Below, piece by piece: positions 15,406 through 24,527 of a stretch of DNA of 25,275 nucleotides (the stretch's first letter is position 1; each line of letters opens with the position of its first letter). The notes beneath the pieces are model-generated. The model did no database searches and was not told the DNA's origin. It saw only the letters and a list, made by a program, of their open reading frames with translations. Made by a program: the position numbers and the translations under genes. The stretch is from positions 1-25,275 of IMG/VR virus record IMGVR_UViG_3300037484_000729. One strand, given 5' to 3'. The stretch comes from a virus. Taxonomy: Duplodnaviria > Caudoviricetes.

Positions 15406-15616
15406 GAGGCGTAGCCTTATCGTGTAGCCAAGCCGTCCCGGCATCAATCGCGGCCTGCTCGCTGTCGTGGTAGCCGCAAGGCAGTTTCCCCACGCCAATC
15501 GCGTGCGCTGCGTAGCCAGGCGCCAGCGTTTCCGGGTCGATATCAAGCTTCGCCTCAACCCCTTTCGCCAGCAGGTATCCGGCCCGTTGCTGCACATTCA
15601 TTGCACTGTATTCCAT
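15383..15616 (-). CDS. Hypothetical protein (77 aa)
   Basis: GGAG RBS, MEYSAMNV.... Its 3' part is the 137-bp repeat. Confidence 0.65.
   Translation of the reverse strand: MEYSAMNVQQRAGYLLAKGVEAKLDIDPETLAPGYAAHAIGVGKLPCGYHDSEQAAIDAGTAWLHDKATPPEGRHVR
15406..15542 (+). repeat. 137-bp direct repeat, copy 2
   Basis: One mismatch to 13532-13668. Confidence 0.97.
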
Positions 15617-15660
15617 ATCGTCTTCTCCAAAAATGCCGCAAGGCACTTGTTTTGATGGCG

Positions 15661-15999
15661 TTAAAACAAACTCATCTGCCTGTCTTCCATCGTTCCAGGC
15701 TGTTTCAAAATCCTGATAATATGACGGGCGCACAACCCAAATTCTACAGATATCTTTTTTTGCGGAACACCAGCATCCGCTTCCTTCCGGATCGCATCGT
15801 CTCGGATCTGACGTAACAATCCATCAATTTTATGCATATAAACAGGCCCACCACCAAACAACTGGGCAAAGATCAAAACAAGCTCTACTCCCCGGCCAGG
15901 TAATTGTTCTTCAATCACCTCGGCCATCCAGCGCAGCTCTCCCGGCAGTTCCTGTATCTCAGGATAATACTCTGGCGGTATGGTGATATACTTAGACAA
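15661..15999 (-). CDS. mor: Mor/C-family transcription activator
   Basis: 'FGGGPVYM.K.....R..RD..I', C-terminal HTH 'ISVEFGLCARHIIRIL'. Follows gemA. Confidence 0.85.
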   Translation of the reverse strand: MSKYITIPPEYYPEIQELPGELRWMAEVIEEQLPGRGVELVLIFAQLFGGGPVYMHKIDGLLRQIRDDAIRKEADAGVPQKKISVEFGLCARHIIRILKQPGTMEDRQMSLF

Positions 16000-16414
16000 G
16001 CTCCACTCCTTTCCTTTTGCCCCAATCCTTGAGCGCCTCTATCACAACAGCTTTCTGGGCAGCACTGCACCACTGGAGCCGGTCAACCTTGGTCATCTTC
16101 TGGACAAACACCAACAACGCCTGCTCCGAGCTGTTGTGCACCACCCCTGCCTTGTGCAGCGTTATCCACAAGGCCCGAATCTTGCGGGACATGGGATCGG
16201 ACGCCATTTCAATTCCCGGCAGACTCCGCTGTTTCTTCGGCTTCCAGCCAAGGTTCTGGAAATGTCTGAGCAGACGGCCAGCCTGCATGGGCGTCAATTG
16301 AGCGGCTGATTCTTTCCGAAACTGCTCATGCAAAATGGCACGGTATACTTCATCTGTCAGGTTCAGTTCCTTTTTTGCAATATGGATTTTTGCCAGATCA
16401 TTTTTACTTGGCAT
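15992..16414 (-). CDS. gemA: GemA/gp16 (DUF1018) regulatory protein
   Basis: 'LAKIHIAKKELNL.DEVYR.IL', 'KIRALW..L', 'VIEALK.W'. Confidence 0.9.
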   Translation of the reverse strand: MPSKNDLAKIHIAKKELNLTDEVYRAILHEQFRKESAAQLTPMQAGRLLRHFQNLGWKPKKQRSLPGIEMASDPMSRKIRALWITLHKAGVVHNSSEQALLVFVQKMTKVDRLQWCSAAQKAVVIEALKDWGKRKGVELV

Positions 16415-16943
16415 GGTTTATTCCTCCAGATACCTTCTTCAACGGATCGCCATGTTTCTCCAGATACTGTTTCATGATCGGCGATATTTCCTCAGCGCCT
16501 GCCTGCTGATCACGCCGATGGCCTGTCACTTCATTGCTCCTGGCAACCTGCTCATTTCTGGCATCCGCCGCATCCGCCAGGCTCCAGGCAATCTGCAGCA
16601 GATAATTGTGATTGGGCAACGGCAGCTGCAGCGATCCTCTCCGTTCCACCATCTGTTCGATTGCGGTGGCCCAGATCCGCACCGGGCATGGACGGGACAC
16701 CTTTCCCTGTACCTGCACATGACCAGCGGCCACCAGCGCGGCCAGATCCCTGGTGACGCGCAACGCCTTTTTCCAGCTCAGCGCCGACTTGCCGGGCCGA
16801 AACAAACTCAAATATCCGAGCAATACCGGTTGCAAGCCGCTCGGCAACTCACAGGCCGCTTTCAGCATTTCCCTGGCTGCGGCGTCATTTTCCCAGGCAT
16901 CGGCCCCGGCAACAGCTCCACATGATGGACATATCAGTTTCAT
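16404..16943 (-). CDS. Conserved Mu-like early hypothetical protein (Zn ribbon)
   Basis: 'MKLICPSCGA', 'YLSLFRP', 'LPNHNYL'. Confidence 0.75.
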   Translation of the reverse strand: MKLICPSCGAVAGADAWENDAAAREMLKAACELPSGLQPVLLGYLSLFRPGKSALSWKKALRVTRDLAALVAAGHVQVQGKVSRPCPVRIWATAIEQMVERRGSLQLPLPNHNYLLQIAWSLADAADARNEQVARSNEVTGHRRDQQAGAEEISPIMKQYLEKHGDPLKKVSGGINHAK

Positions 16944-17039
16944 ATTTTTCAATTTAATTTTTCGTTTATCATCGGCTGGCATCATCAGGCCGGAGCAACC
17001 ACACTCCGACGATCCCGCCCATTTGGGCAGGATTTCGCC

Positions 17040-17657
17040 TTATACTCCTGCAATATCAAGACTTATCTGTTTCCACTGGTCAGTGCCGCTGATCCTCTCA
17101 TACACCCGCAGATAGATCCGGCTGCCGGCAACGGTCAGGCTGTCGTTGATTGCCTCCATTGCCTGGAGCCAACGTGCGTCTTTGATGTTAAATTTACGCA
17201 GGGACAGGATCTGCTGCGTGTTGACGTTGCCCTTCTTGTCAACCCGAAAGGCATCATTGATCAGCAGTCTTATTTCCGGTCTGGCCTCTCCACCCCATTC
17301 CCGCAAACACTCATCGATCAGGCCCTTTGCTACCTGCAGCCGCTCATCAAAATCAAAGGAGTCCGAGACTGCACGCAGTATTTTGTACTTGCCGTCATAG
17401 CTCAGCAGACTGATGTTCCCCTTTTCACCGCCGTATTCTCTGCCGTATTCCATCGCTGAGAGATCGGAGAAAGCCGCTATTTCCGTGAAAGCGTGCTCCT
17501 TGAATTTCTTCAATCCGGTGTTGACGCTCAGCGCCATTCGCACCAAATCCATCACCAGCTCATGTCTGGTGCGGTCTATCTCCTTGACCATTTCGTCAGG
17601 CACCAGCCGCCCCATAGTGTCCTGCATATATCCTTGCGGCATTGTTATTTCAGGCAT
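17040..17657 (-). CDS. DUF3164 family protein
   Basis: 'GYMQD..GRLVP', 'GGEKGNISL.SYDG', 'FDERLQVAK.LIDECL..W'. Confidence 0.88.
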   Translation of the reverse strand: MPEITMPQGYMQDTMGRLVPDEMVKEIDRTRHELVMDLVRMALSVNTGLKKFKEHAFTEIAAFSDLSAMEYGREYGGEKGNISLLSYDGKYKILRAVSDSFDFDERLQVAKGLIDECLREWGGEARPEIRLLINDAFRVDKKGNVNTQQILSLRKFNIKDARWLQAMEAINDSLTVAGSRIYLRVYERISGTDQWKQISLDIAGV

Positions 17658-18036
17658 GTGTTTTCTCCTTTGTCCGTTCTAGTTCCTCACAGATCCGCTG
17701 CAAACCAGCTTCGTTCCGCAGTTCAAAAACGTGCTGGATCAGTACTGACAGATTGCCAGCCGCCAGACCGATAGTAAACAGGGTGTGGTCTGTTGAGCCT
17801 TTTTTGTATTCGTCAATCAGCTCCACCAGCCTCAGCATATGTGCTTCTGCGTCATTGCGGTATCCGCTGATAGTGTGGTTGTTCATCTTTCCCTGCATTT
17901 TAAACAGTTCCAGCGTGGTCATTTTCATTGCCTTGAGCCGGTCCTGCAGTTTGTGGTTGTTAATTATCAGTGCGTCAGACTGCAGCTCTGCAATCCCTGT
18001 CAGTATTCCAACCACTTTATTATCTATCGGTTCCAT
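17650..18036 (-). CDS. Hypothetical protein
   Basis: AGGAGG RBS, coupled to the DUF3164 gene. Confidence 0.7.
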   Translation of the reverse strand: MEPIDNKVVGILTGIAELQSDALIINNHKLQDRLKAMKMTTLELFKMQGKMNNHTISGYRNDAEAHMLRLVELIDEYKKGSTDHTLFTIGLAAGNLSVLIQHVFELRNEAGLQRICEELERTKEKTHA

Positions 18037-18060
18037 GTATTCCTCCTTTGTTTTATCTGG

Positions 18061-18369
18061 TCAGTTTATATACGCTTCGCAGGTTTGGCAGGCGTCCCAC
18101 AACTCCACCCTGGTCGGGTTGGCGGTGGAAAATTCCATTGACCGCTCCAGTGCACAGCGTCCCAGCTTGATAGTGCCAAGCACTGGACATACCACACTGA
18201 CATTGCCGTACACCTCTATGATCTTTGCAGCCAACCGCTCGGTGTTGCCCTGGTAATTATGGTGCAGCACCTGATTAATGGCAGATGCACTGTATCCAAG
18301 GCGCCTGGCTACCGCAGCCTGTGAGCTTTCTGTCACTGCATTTTGCAGCAGATATTCCCAGTCCATCAA
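18061..18369 (-). CDS. XRE-like HTH protein with C-terminal Cys cluster
   Basis: 'SQAAVARRLGYSASAINQVL...Y.G', 'VVCPVLG...C...ACQTC'. Confidence 0.8.
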   Translation of the reverse strand: MMDWEYLLQNAVTESSQAAVARRLGYSASAINQVLHHNYQGNTERLAAKIIEVYGNVSVVCPVLGTIKLGRCALERSMEFSTANPTRVELWDACQTCEAYIN

Positions 18370-18692
18370 TCATCACCTCCAAGGGTTTCGCCGGTGTTTG
18401 GGTCCCACAGTTTGCCATTATTGCGAGGTACTGGATATTGCGGCCCGGTATCCTGCATCAGTTCCAGTTTCTGGGCATATCCCTTTTCAGCTGCCTTGCC
18501 GACTGTGCCGATTATCTCTACATAGCCCCATTGTTTTAATGCCCGGAGGTATCGCCAGAGATTGTCCATGGATATCTCGGCTGTTGCCGCAATCTGAGGG
18601 GCGGTGAACACCCTGAAAATTCGCATGGACGTCCATGCCCTGGCTCGTGCTGTCCTGCCACCACTCCTTTTCATCCCTTTTTTACCGGCCAT
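18366..18692 (-). CDS. Winged-helix protein following MuB
   Basis: 'W.SMR..R.FT...IAATA.....N...YL.AL...GY', 'DTGP..P', 'WDPN'. Confidence 0.75.
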   Translation of the reverse strand: MAGKKGMKRSGGRTARARAWTSMRIFRVFTAPQIAATAEISMDNLWRYLRALKQWGYVEIIGTVGKAAEKGYAQKLELMQDTGPQYPVPRNNGKLWDPNTGETLGGDD

Positions 18693-19393
18693 TAAACGCT
18701 CCTTGAATCAAAGAACAGACGGCGCTGTCCCCATGCTGCAAGATCCACGCTGTCGCTGTTCGCGTTTTTCGCGAGGCGCTCTATCTTGTACAGCCCGGTG
18801 GAAACAAGGCCGATATTCCCGCCGGATTCCGTATGCAGCTTGGCCAGCAGATCATCCGCCACCTGCACTGTGCAGACATCGTCACAGACCAGTCTGGTAT
18901 CGGTGCTATCCAGCGGCTTGAAGTGGACTTCCTGGGTGATGCGGCGCATAAAGCGTTCGTTGGTGGCAAGAGAACGGGTGATGTCATCCATGCCGATCAT
19001 GACGATGGGACGGCGGGACAGGTCGTATATATCGCGGACTACGTCTATCATGTTCTCAGTGAGATAATCGGCCTCATCAATAAAGAGACAGCGGCGGGTG
19101 ACTTTGAGCTGCTTGACCACAAAATCAAACATCGGGTTGATAAATCGTGATGGCTTGCCGCCAAGTTCGTTGACCATTGCCGCCAGCATGGAGCTGGTCG
19201 ACCATGTGCGCAGGGCACGGACGAAAACGCCGTTGACCCGGTTGCAGACAAAAGCGGTTCCCCAGGTCTTTCCTTCGCCTGGGCGTCCGCGCAGAAGGGA
19301 CATGCCTTCCACGTTCAGGGTGCGTTCTTCCTGCGCTCCCATGGCCACCAGATAGGCTTTGATATTTTTGGTGATTGTCGTTTTAACACGCAT
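18692..19393 (-). CDS. MuB-like AAA transposition ATPase
   Basis: Walker A GRPGEGKT, Walker B LFIDEAD, 'RDIYD', 'MIGM'. Confidence 0.92.
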   Translation of the reverse strand: MRVKTTITKNIKAYLVAMGAQEERTLNVEGMSLLRGRPGEGKTWGTAFVCNRVNGVFVRALRTWSTSSMLAAMVNELGGKPSRFINPMFDFVVKQLKVTRRCLFIDEADYLTENMIDVVRDIYDLSRRPIVMIGMDDITRSLATNERFMRRITQEVHFKPLDSTDTRLVCDDVCTVQVADDLLAKLHTESGGNIGLVSTGLYKIERLAKNANSDSVDLAAWGQRRLFFDSRSV

Positions 19394-19445
19394 GTGCTAC
19401 AATCCTCCGAAGAGTTGAGGGGGCTAATCCTCTGTTTTTTGTTAT

Positions 19446-19472
19446 AAGCCGTGCGCCAACACGGCTTTTTTT
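19446..19472 (+). terminator. Hairpin between A and B with T-tract on plus strand
   Basis: AAGCCGTG-CGCCAA-CACGGCTT-TTTTT. Confidence 0.55.
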
Positions 19473-19489
19473 ATTGTCTTTTTGACTCT

Positions 19490-21766
19490 TTAAAATGCCC
19501 CTGGATAAGCATCATTCTCATAAATATCCTGCAGTGTCAGGTATTCGCTGGTGGTCTTGTAATACTCAATCCATTTCTGCTGGGTGTCTGTGAGTGCTGG
19601 CATTGTCTGGAGAAATTCAAACCGTTCCCAGCCATCCAGATTTTCCCAGCCTGACTGGTCTGCGTCCTTGATTTTTTTCTGGTGAAAATTACCTCTTGCA
19701 TCCACTACTTTTACTGATTTCGGTTGTGGTTCCGGCGCTGTCTCTGCCAGTATCTGCATGGCTTTCTGTTCATCTGCCTCGCTCAGCTGTGCCGGGTCTT
19801 CACTTGAGTATTGGTTATCGATGATATCCAGTGCTCTGTATGCCTCTTCCAGCCCTGCAGATGTGTGTTCCGTTGATTTTTGAGGCAGGTTGATAATGTT
19901 TTCCACCTGTGCTTCCCGGTAGTCGATATATTCGCGGAAGGCTTCCCGCTCTCCTTCGCTTTTGGTGTCCTGTATCAATTGGCGTTTTCGCTCCCGCATC
20001 ATTTTTGCCTGATGATTTTTGGCCTTGGTGTAGAATTCCTTGCGGTCTATGCCTGTGAAAATCGGGTCTATGGCAGCACAGAGGAACTTTTTCTCTCCTG
20101 ATTCCTGCATCAGATAGACATAGACTGTGCCCAGGTCGACCGGATCGAGCAGGATGAGCGCCTTGTCGCCGATATGCCCGGCAAAATCAGGTGACTGGTA
20201 CATACGGTTTTCAACCTGTATGCCTTTCTTGCCGATCACCCTGATACCGTTACCGTCCGGGGCTGGCATCAACAGAAGATCAAGCGCCCTGGTGTTGCTG
20301 ATCCGGCGGATTGGCTCTTGCCAGCTGCGTACCATTTCAATGGGTTTTTTGCCGTTCAGACCGCCGTGTTTGTCGTGCTGGTACACGTTTTCCGTCCATT
20401 TATCGCAGATCTCCTGCAGCTCCTGACTGGTCAGGTTTACCTGTACCGGGTCGCTGCCCTTGTTCATGACGCGATCAGCAAAGGTGCGCCTGGCTTCGAT
20501 CGCTTTGCGCTCTGCAACGTTATGCCCGATATATCCGGGCATCAGCTCGACCAGACCGTGCAGAAATGTCCTGAAACCGCGTTCCATGTGCGGTTTTTCC
20601 TCGCCCTTGAACGGTGTGCAGAGCACCTGCTCAATGTCAAGGCTGTCCAACACCCGCACCACATGTTTGGAGATATAGTCCTTGCCGTTATCGGTCTTCA
20701 GTATCTCCGGTACGCCCCAGCCGAGGATGCAATGGCGGAGCAGGGATATGACAGCAATTGCCCGTGATGTTTTGGAGACGAAAAGCTTCATCCGCCGTGA
20801 CCAAACGTCAATCATACCGATCAGAGAGTGCCTGCCGTCTTTCAGCATCAGGTCTGCAGGGGTTGAATCCGCTTCCCACAGGCCGTTGAGGCTGGTGACC
20901 TTTTCAGAGGCCGAGCCAAAGGCAAACATTTTCTTGTTACGCCATTCGTCCGGGTTAGTCAGAAACAGCCAGAATTCCTGATTCTGCGCAATCCACAGGT
21001 CTCGATAACGCCTGATGACCCCAACGCTTGGGACTTCTTTTTGATACCTGCCCAGCAGTGCCTTGCGGATATTCTCACCGCTGGTTGCAGGGTTTTTAAT
21101 CATGATTTCTATCACTGTTTTCTGCTGGTCTGCAGAGAGGCTTGACCGGCCTTTATTTGGGTTGTGATAGCTGTTGGAAAGTGCCGCCAGACCGCCTTGG
21201 TTAAAAGCCCGCATCCATCTGTTATAGGTTGACCAGCTGACAGTATTTCCGGCAACCGCCTGGACTGCATCATCCAGGGTGATGTTATTCTTATTGTATT
21301 GTTCCAGAAACAGTTCCTCACCAACACGGCTGCGCTGTGCCCCGCGTCTGGGCTTGATGCCGGCCGCTTGTACGAATGTCTGGCAGGTTTTGATAAAATC
21401 ATATCTGGCATTGGCAATCGTTTTCTGGTCATCGCTGAGCAGATCAAAAGCAGCCAGCCCGGCTTCCTTGGCAATCAATGCCAGCTCCCGCTTTTCGGCC
21501 TGCTCGCCGATGATCTTCCGCGCCGCTGCCTCCCCGGCATGGAGAGGATAACCCGCGGTTGTTGTCGGTTTTGGTAAGGCACGTTCCTTCACTAGAGCGA
21601 TCCGGTACGATTCAGGCAGGAGGGATATAAAAAAATGCTTTTCATTTCCGCTCTGACCGGTCCGCCATATATGAGAACAGCTTTTCTTGGCAAGATTCCG
21701 CCTGATAGTGGTCTCATGCTTGCCTGTTGCCAGTGTTATTTCACTAATAGTTGCTGTCTGTCTCAT
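19490..21766 (-). CDS. MuA-like DDE transposase
   Basis: DDE residues in 'WEADSTPAD', 'LKTDNGKDY', 'EKPHMER'. N-terminal Mu-type HTH and C-terminal barrel 'RVIGKKGI'. Confidence 0.95.
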   Translation of the reverse strand: MRQTATISEITLATGKHETTIRRNLAKKSCSHIWRTGQSGNEKHFFISLLPESYRIALVKERALPKPTTTAGYPLHAGEAAARKIIGEQAEKRELALIAKEAGLAAFDLLSDDQKTIANARYDFIKTCQTFVQAAGIKPRRGAQRSRVGEELFLEQYNKNNITLDDAVQAVAGNTVSWSTYNRWMRAFNQGGLAALSNSYHNPNKGRSSLSADQQKTVIEIMIKNPATSGENIRKALLGRYQKEVPSVGVIRRYRDLWIAQNQEFWLFLTNPDEWRNKKMFAFGSASEKVTSLNGLWEADSTPADLMLKDGRHSLIGMIDVWSRRMKLFVSKTSRAIAVISLLRHCILGWGVPEILKTDNGKDYISKHVVRVLDSLDIEQVLCTPFKGEEKPHMERGFRTFLHGLVELMPGYIGHNVAERKAIEARRTFADRVMNKGSDPVQVNLTSQELQEICDKWTENVYQHDKHGGLNGKKPIEMVRSWQEPIRRISNTRALDLLLMPAPDGNGIRVIGKKGIQVENRMYQSPDFAGHIGDKALILLDPVDLGTVYVYLMQESGEKKFLCAAIDPIFTGIDRKEFYTKAKNHQAKMMRERKRQLIQDTKSEGEREAFREYIDYREAQVENIINLPQKSTEHTSAGLEEAYRALDIIDNQYSSEDPAQLSEADEQKAMQILAETAPEPQPKSVKVVDARGNFHQKKIKDADQSGWENLDGWERFEFLQTMPALTDTQQKWIEYYKTTSEYLTLQDIYENDAYPGAF

Positions 21767-22008
21767 GCCGCTGCCTCCAGCAAGTCTTCTGGAAGTTCAA
21801 GATAACGGGCAGGACAGCCGATCTGCAGCAAATGCGCCAACACCCGCCTGTCATCACGCAGGCCCCACATGGTTTCTGATACCTGGGTGAGTGATCGTTG
21901 ACGCAAAGCTCGCTGTATATCTCGCTGACGGATACCGTTTTCAGCCATCCAGCCACGGGCCTTGCTTCGCCTTTTTTTGCTGTCCTTGTCCGTTTTTCGT
22001 TCCATCAT
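21763..22008 (-). CDS. Ner/Cro-like HTH regulator
   Basis: Small basic HTH directly upstream of, and coupled to, A. Confidence 0.7.
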   Translation of the reverse strand: MMERKTDKDSKKRRSKARGWMAENGIRQRDIQRALRQRSLTQVSETMWGLRDDRRVLAHLLQIGCPARYLELPEDLLEAAA

Positions 22009-22015
22009 TTCCCCT

Positions 22016-22696
22016 TTACAGTTCCTCTGCAGCCGCCAACAATGCCTTCAGCCTGGTAACCACTGCGGTTTTGCTGGTGTGTTGCCACTGCTCTTTTAGT
22101 TCCTGCTCAATCGCTGCTAAAAAGTCCTCAAAGGACTCCTTAAAACTGGCAGAAATACGCTCAGCGGTTGCCCGGTCTGACGGATGTTTTTTTGATTTTT
22201 CTATTTCCTTCTTCAAGGCCTGGCCTTTATATTCCATCACACATCTGGCAACCAGGGCAGCTGTCACCTTGACACCTTTCTCTCTGGCAGTCTTGAGCAC
22301 ACATATCCAGACATTAACCTGTTCATCTGGGGCGAATGGTACAAGCGGTCGAACCTGCGATTCGTTGACTGGCAAAAACTCAACAATTGTTGAGTTTTCT
22401 TCGCTAAGAAGTCCGGAAATAGATTTCAGGTTATCAACAACCTTTGTTGCATTGATAAGCTGATACGCTCGCTGAAAAGGCATCTCCCATACGTCCTTAA
22501 CGTATTCCTCAAAAGTCTGGTGTTCGGTGCGGTAGAGCCGTCTTTCCCGTATTTCAGCCAGTGCTGCACCAACTTTGACATATCCCTTCAGGTTCTCCAA
22601 AATCACAGATTCCAACTCTGCGAGAAGCTGCATCTCTGGAGTGCTCAATGGTTTTTCCTCAATCTCTCCGGAATGTTGCGTGCTTTCTATTCTCAT
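22016..22696 (-). CDS. Phage hypothetical protein (DUF3102-like N-terminal motif)
   Basis: 'VGAALAEIRERRLYR...TFEEYV...W.....RAYQLINA', 'NESQVRPL'. Confidence 0.7.
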   Translation of the reverse strand: MRIESTQHSGEIEEKPLSTPEMQLLAELESVILENLKGYVKVGAALAEIRERRLYRTEHQTFEEYVKDVWEMPFQRAYQLINATKVVDNLKSISGLLSEENSTIVEFLPVNESQVRPLVPFAPDEQVNVWICVLKTAREKGVKVTAALVARCVMEYKGQALKKEIEKSKKHPSDRATAERISASFKESFEDFLAAIEQELKEQWQHTSKTAVVTRLKALLAAAEEL

Positions 22697-22707
22697 GTGT
22701 TTGCTCC

Positions 22708-23127
22708 TTATATTTTTTCTTCCAGCTTGCGCATTCTGGCCTTAGACCTTTTCGCGCTCTGGTATTCCTTTGCCCATTCCAGTATTACAACTTCCTTGTC
22801 TGTGATAATTTTTGCCCCAAGCGGCGCCATCAACACCCGCATCGGGTCCAGGTCCTCAAGGACACCGCAAAACACCAGCAAGGCATTGGGGGACGGCACA
22901 TATTCACGGGCGCCTGGGTTCAGCCACTTCTCAAAAGTGACCATCGTCAACCCCTTGCCGTTGCCCTTCATCAGATGCACCCCGTACCGCTCAGCCAGCT
23001 GGTTCAGCTGGTCCAGAACCTCTTCACGCGACAACCCGCTCCGCTTCACCGCCGAAGCCATAGCCTCCTTCAGATCACGGTTAATATTCAAACTCGGTTG
23101 ATTAAATAAACTCAGCTGCTTAACCAT
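22708..23127 (-). CDS. CII-like phage regulatory protein
   Basis: 'SGLSREEV.D.LN', 'FEKWLNP......P....L..FC.V..D..P', coiled-coil end. Confidence 0.65.
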   Translation of the reverse strand: MVKQLSLFNQPSLNINRDLKEAMASAVKRSGLSREEVLDQLNQLAERYGVHLMKGNGKGLTMVTFEKWLNPGAREYVPSPNALLVFCGVLEDLDPMRVLMAPLGAKIITDKEVVILEWAKEYQSAKRSKARMRKLEEKI

Positions 23128-23213
23128 CTTATTCCTTTAAAAAGATTCCCCCCTGCGCTACTCTGCAAGAAAAGGGTGTGGGGCCCAAAAACATTTCACA
23201 CAAGGAGAAAAAC

Positions 23214-23621
23214 ATGTACAAACAAATCAAATTCCCAATTGAAGAGTCTTTTAAGGATTGCGCAGGTGTCCTTAGAAATTTTGTTATCAGCCTGCACCAT
23301 CCAATGATTGAGGATATGCACGTCGTATCTGCCAGGGAGGTTGATCCACAAAACGATGGATATGACCTGAGTGCTTCATCTCCATGCCAGTCTGAGGCGC
23401 TCACCCTGTTGAAAAAGAAAATACGAAAAACCCTCTCTACCAGATACCTTTCCGGCAGCAAAATAACCGGATTCAGCATGACGCACGATACCCTTGTAGG
23501 CTTCACGAGTGAAAAGGGAGTGCTGATTGATGACATTCTGGTCCCCTGGGAAAAATTCATTTCTTTATTTGGAACCCCAGGGAACCAGATTGAACTGATA
23601 GTCTCCGATGCTGCAGACTAA
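23214..23621 (+). CDS. Hypothetical protein antisense to the early operon
   Basis: AAGGAG RBS, MYKQIKF..., 135 aa. Confidence 0.6.
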   Translation: MYKQIKFPIEESFKDCAGVLRNFVISLHHPMIEDMHVVSAREVDPQNDGYDLSASSPCQSEALTLLKKKIRKTLSTRYLSGSKITGFSMTHDTLVGFTSEKGVLIDDILVPWEKFISLFGTPGNQIELIVSDAAD

Positions 23622-23774
23622 AACATCGTTGCTGATCTGGTCGGCTTCACATATAGTAACTGTCTCACCAACGTAACCGGCCAGATCATATGATCCAAAA
23701 TATCGACCGTAATAACTCACTCCTTTCTTCGAAATAATTCTGGTTTCTACTCCTGATTTTGTTTCACTATCCAT
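23565..23774 (-). CDS. Stand-alone Mu transposase C-terminal (beta-barrel)-like mini-protein
   Basis: GGAGG RBS. 'RIISKKGVSYYGRYFGSYDLAGYVGE' aligns with MuA 'RVIGKKGIQVENRMYQSPDFAGHIGD'. Confidence 0.65.
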   Translation of the reverse strand: MDSETKSGVETRIISKKGVSYYGRYFGSYDLAGYVGETVTICEADQISNDVLVCSIGDYQFNLVPWGSK

Positions 23775-23880
23775 AACACCCCTCCATAACTATCCAATCT
23801 TTTTCGCCCCCGGATGTTGAACAAATCAACCTTATCAGGTACGATAATTTTGTGTGTAATGATTCACACTGTTTAGATTT

Positions 23881-23909
23881 GTTCTAGCAATATTTTTATG
23901 CAGTGTCAA
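23881..23909 (-). promoter_or_regulatory. Putative early promoter Pe
   Basis: TTGACA-17 bp-TAGAAC on the minus strand. Confidence 0.6.
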
Positions 23910-23921
23910 TACCAAAAACAG

Positions 23922-24037
23922 TGCAGGGCATCGCTTATGCATTAATATTTAGTTATTCATGCGTAAGTTGTTGTTTAATCGTAGCTATATTGAAATGCCC
24001 TGCATTCAGTGATTATGCAGGGCATTATGCAGGGCAT
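23922..24037. repeat. TGCAGGGCAT repeats, putative repressor operators/transposition enhancer
   Basis: Copies at 23922, 23995 (inverted), 24016, 24028; partial copies at 23897 and 24073. Confidence 0.75.
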
Positions 24038-24074
24038 CCCTGTTTTTTAAAAACAACATTTTGAACAATAAATT

Positions 24075-24527
24075 ATGCAGGAAAAATTAGGCGAAAGGAT
24101 CAGAGAACTAAGAGGAACATTAAGTATTGGTGAATTTAGTGATATGTTTTCTATCCATAGAAACACTTTACCTGCTTATGAAAATGGGAAGACATCTCCC
24201 AATGCAAAATTTCTCACGGCTCTTTGTGAAAAATACAATGTCCAACCAAATTGGCTGCTAATGGGTGAAGGGACAAAATACAAAGGAGAATCTCAACAAC
24301 CAGCCAAAACAGCGGAGAACGGCAACGGAAGCCAGCTCAACCGCTTTGAAGACTCCCTCATCACAGAAATAAGAAACTTCATGAATGAATTGGGCCGCAA
24401 AGACCCTGACTGGCGCACATGGTTTAAAATGGAACTACTGGATAAAATACCGAAATTCCGTGAATGGTGGGAAGCAAAACACCATAGAGAGGGGGAAGAC
24501 ATATCCAATAAATCAAACGCTGCTTGA
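24075..24527 (+). CDS. XRE-family HTH phage repressor
   Basis: 'LGERIRELRG...FS....IHRNTL..YENGKTSP...FL', 'WLLMGEG'. Divergent from the early operon. Confidence 0.88.
   Translation: MQEKLGERIRELRGTLSIGEFSDMFSIHRNTLPAYENGKTSPNAKFLTALCEKYNVQPNWLLMGEGTKYKGESQQPAKTAENGNGSQLNRFEDSLITEIRNFMNELGRKDPDWRTWFKMELLDKIPKFREWWEAKHHREGEDISNKSNAA

Noticed and set aside
13532-15542. Diversity-generating retroelement TR/VR pair
   Set aside because: Length fits and the single mismatch is A/G on the minus strand, but there is only one difference and no reverse transcriptase in the window.
9505-15660. CRISPR array near the csf genes
   Set aside because: No regularly spaced ~25-40 bp repeats seen. The repeats present are attC-like hairpins and one 137-bp duplication.
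9707-21766. CAST-like RNA-guided transposon
   Set aside because: The transposase and ATPase are ordinary Mu A/B in a full phage context; no TniQ, Cas6 or array.
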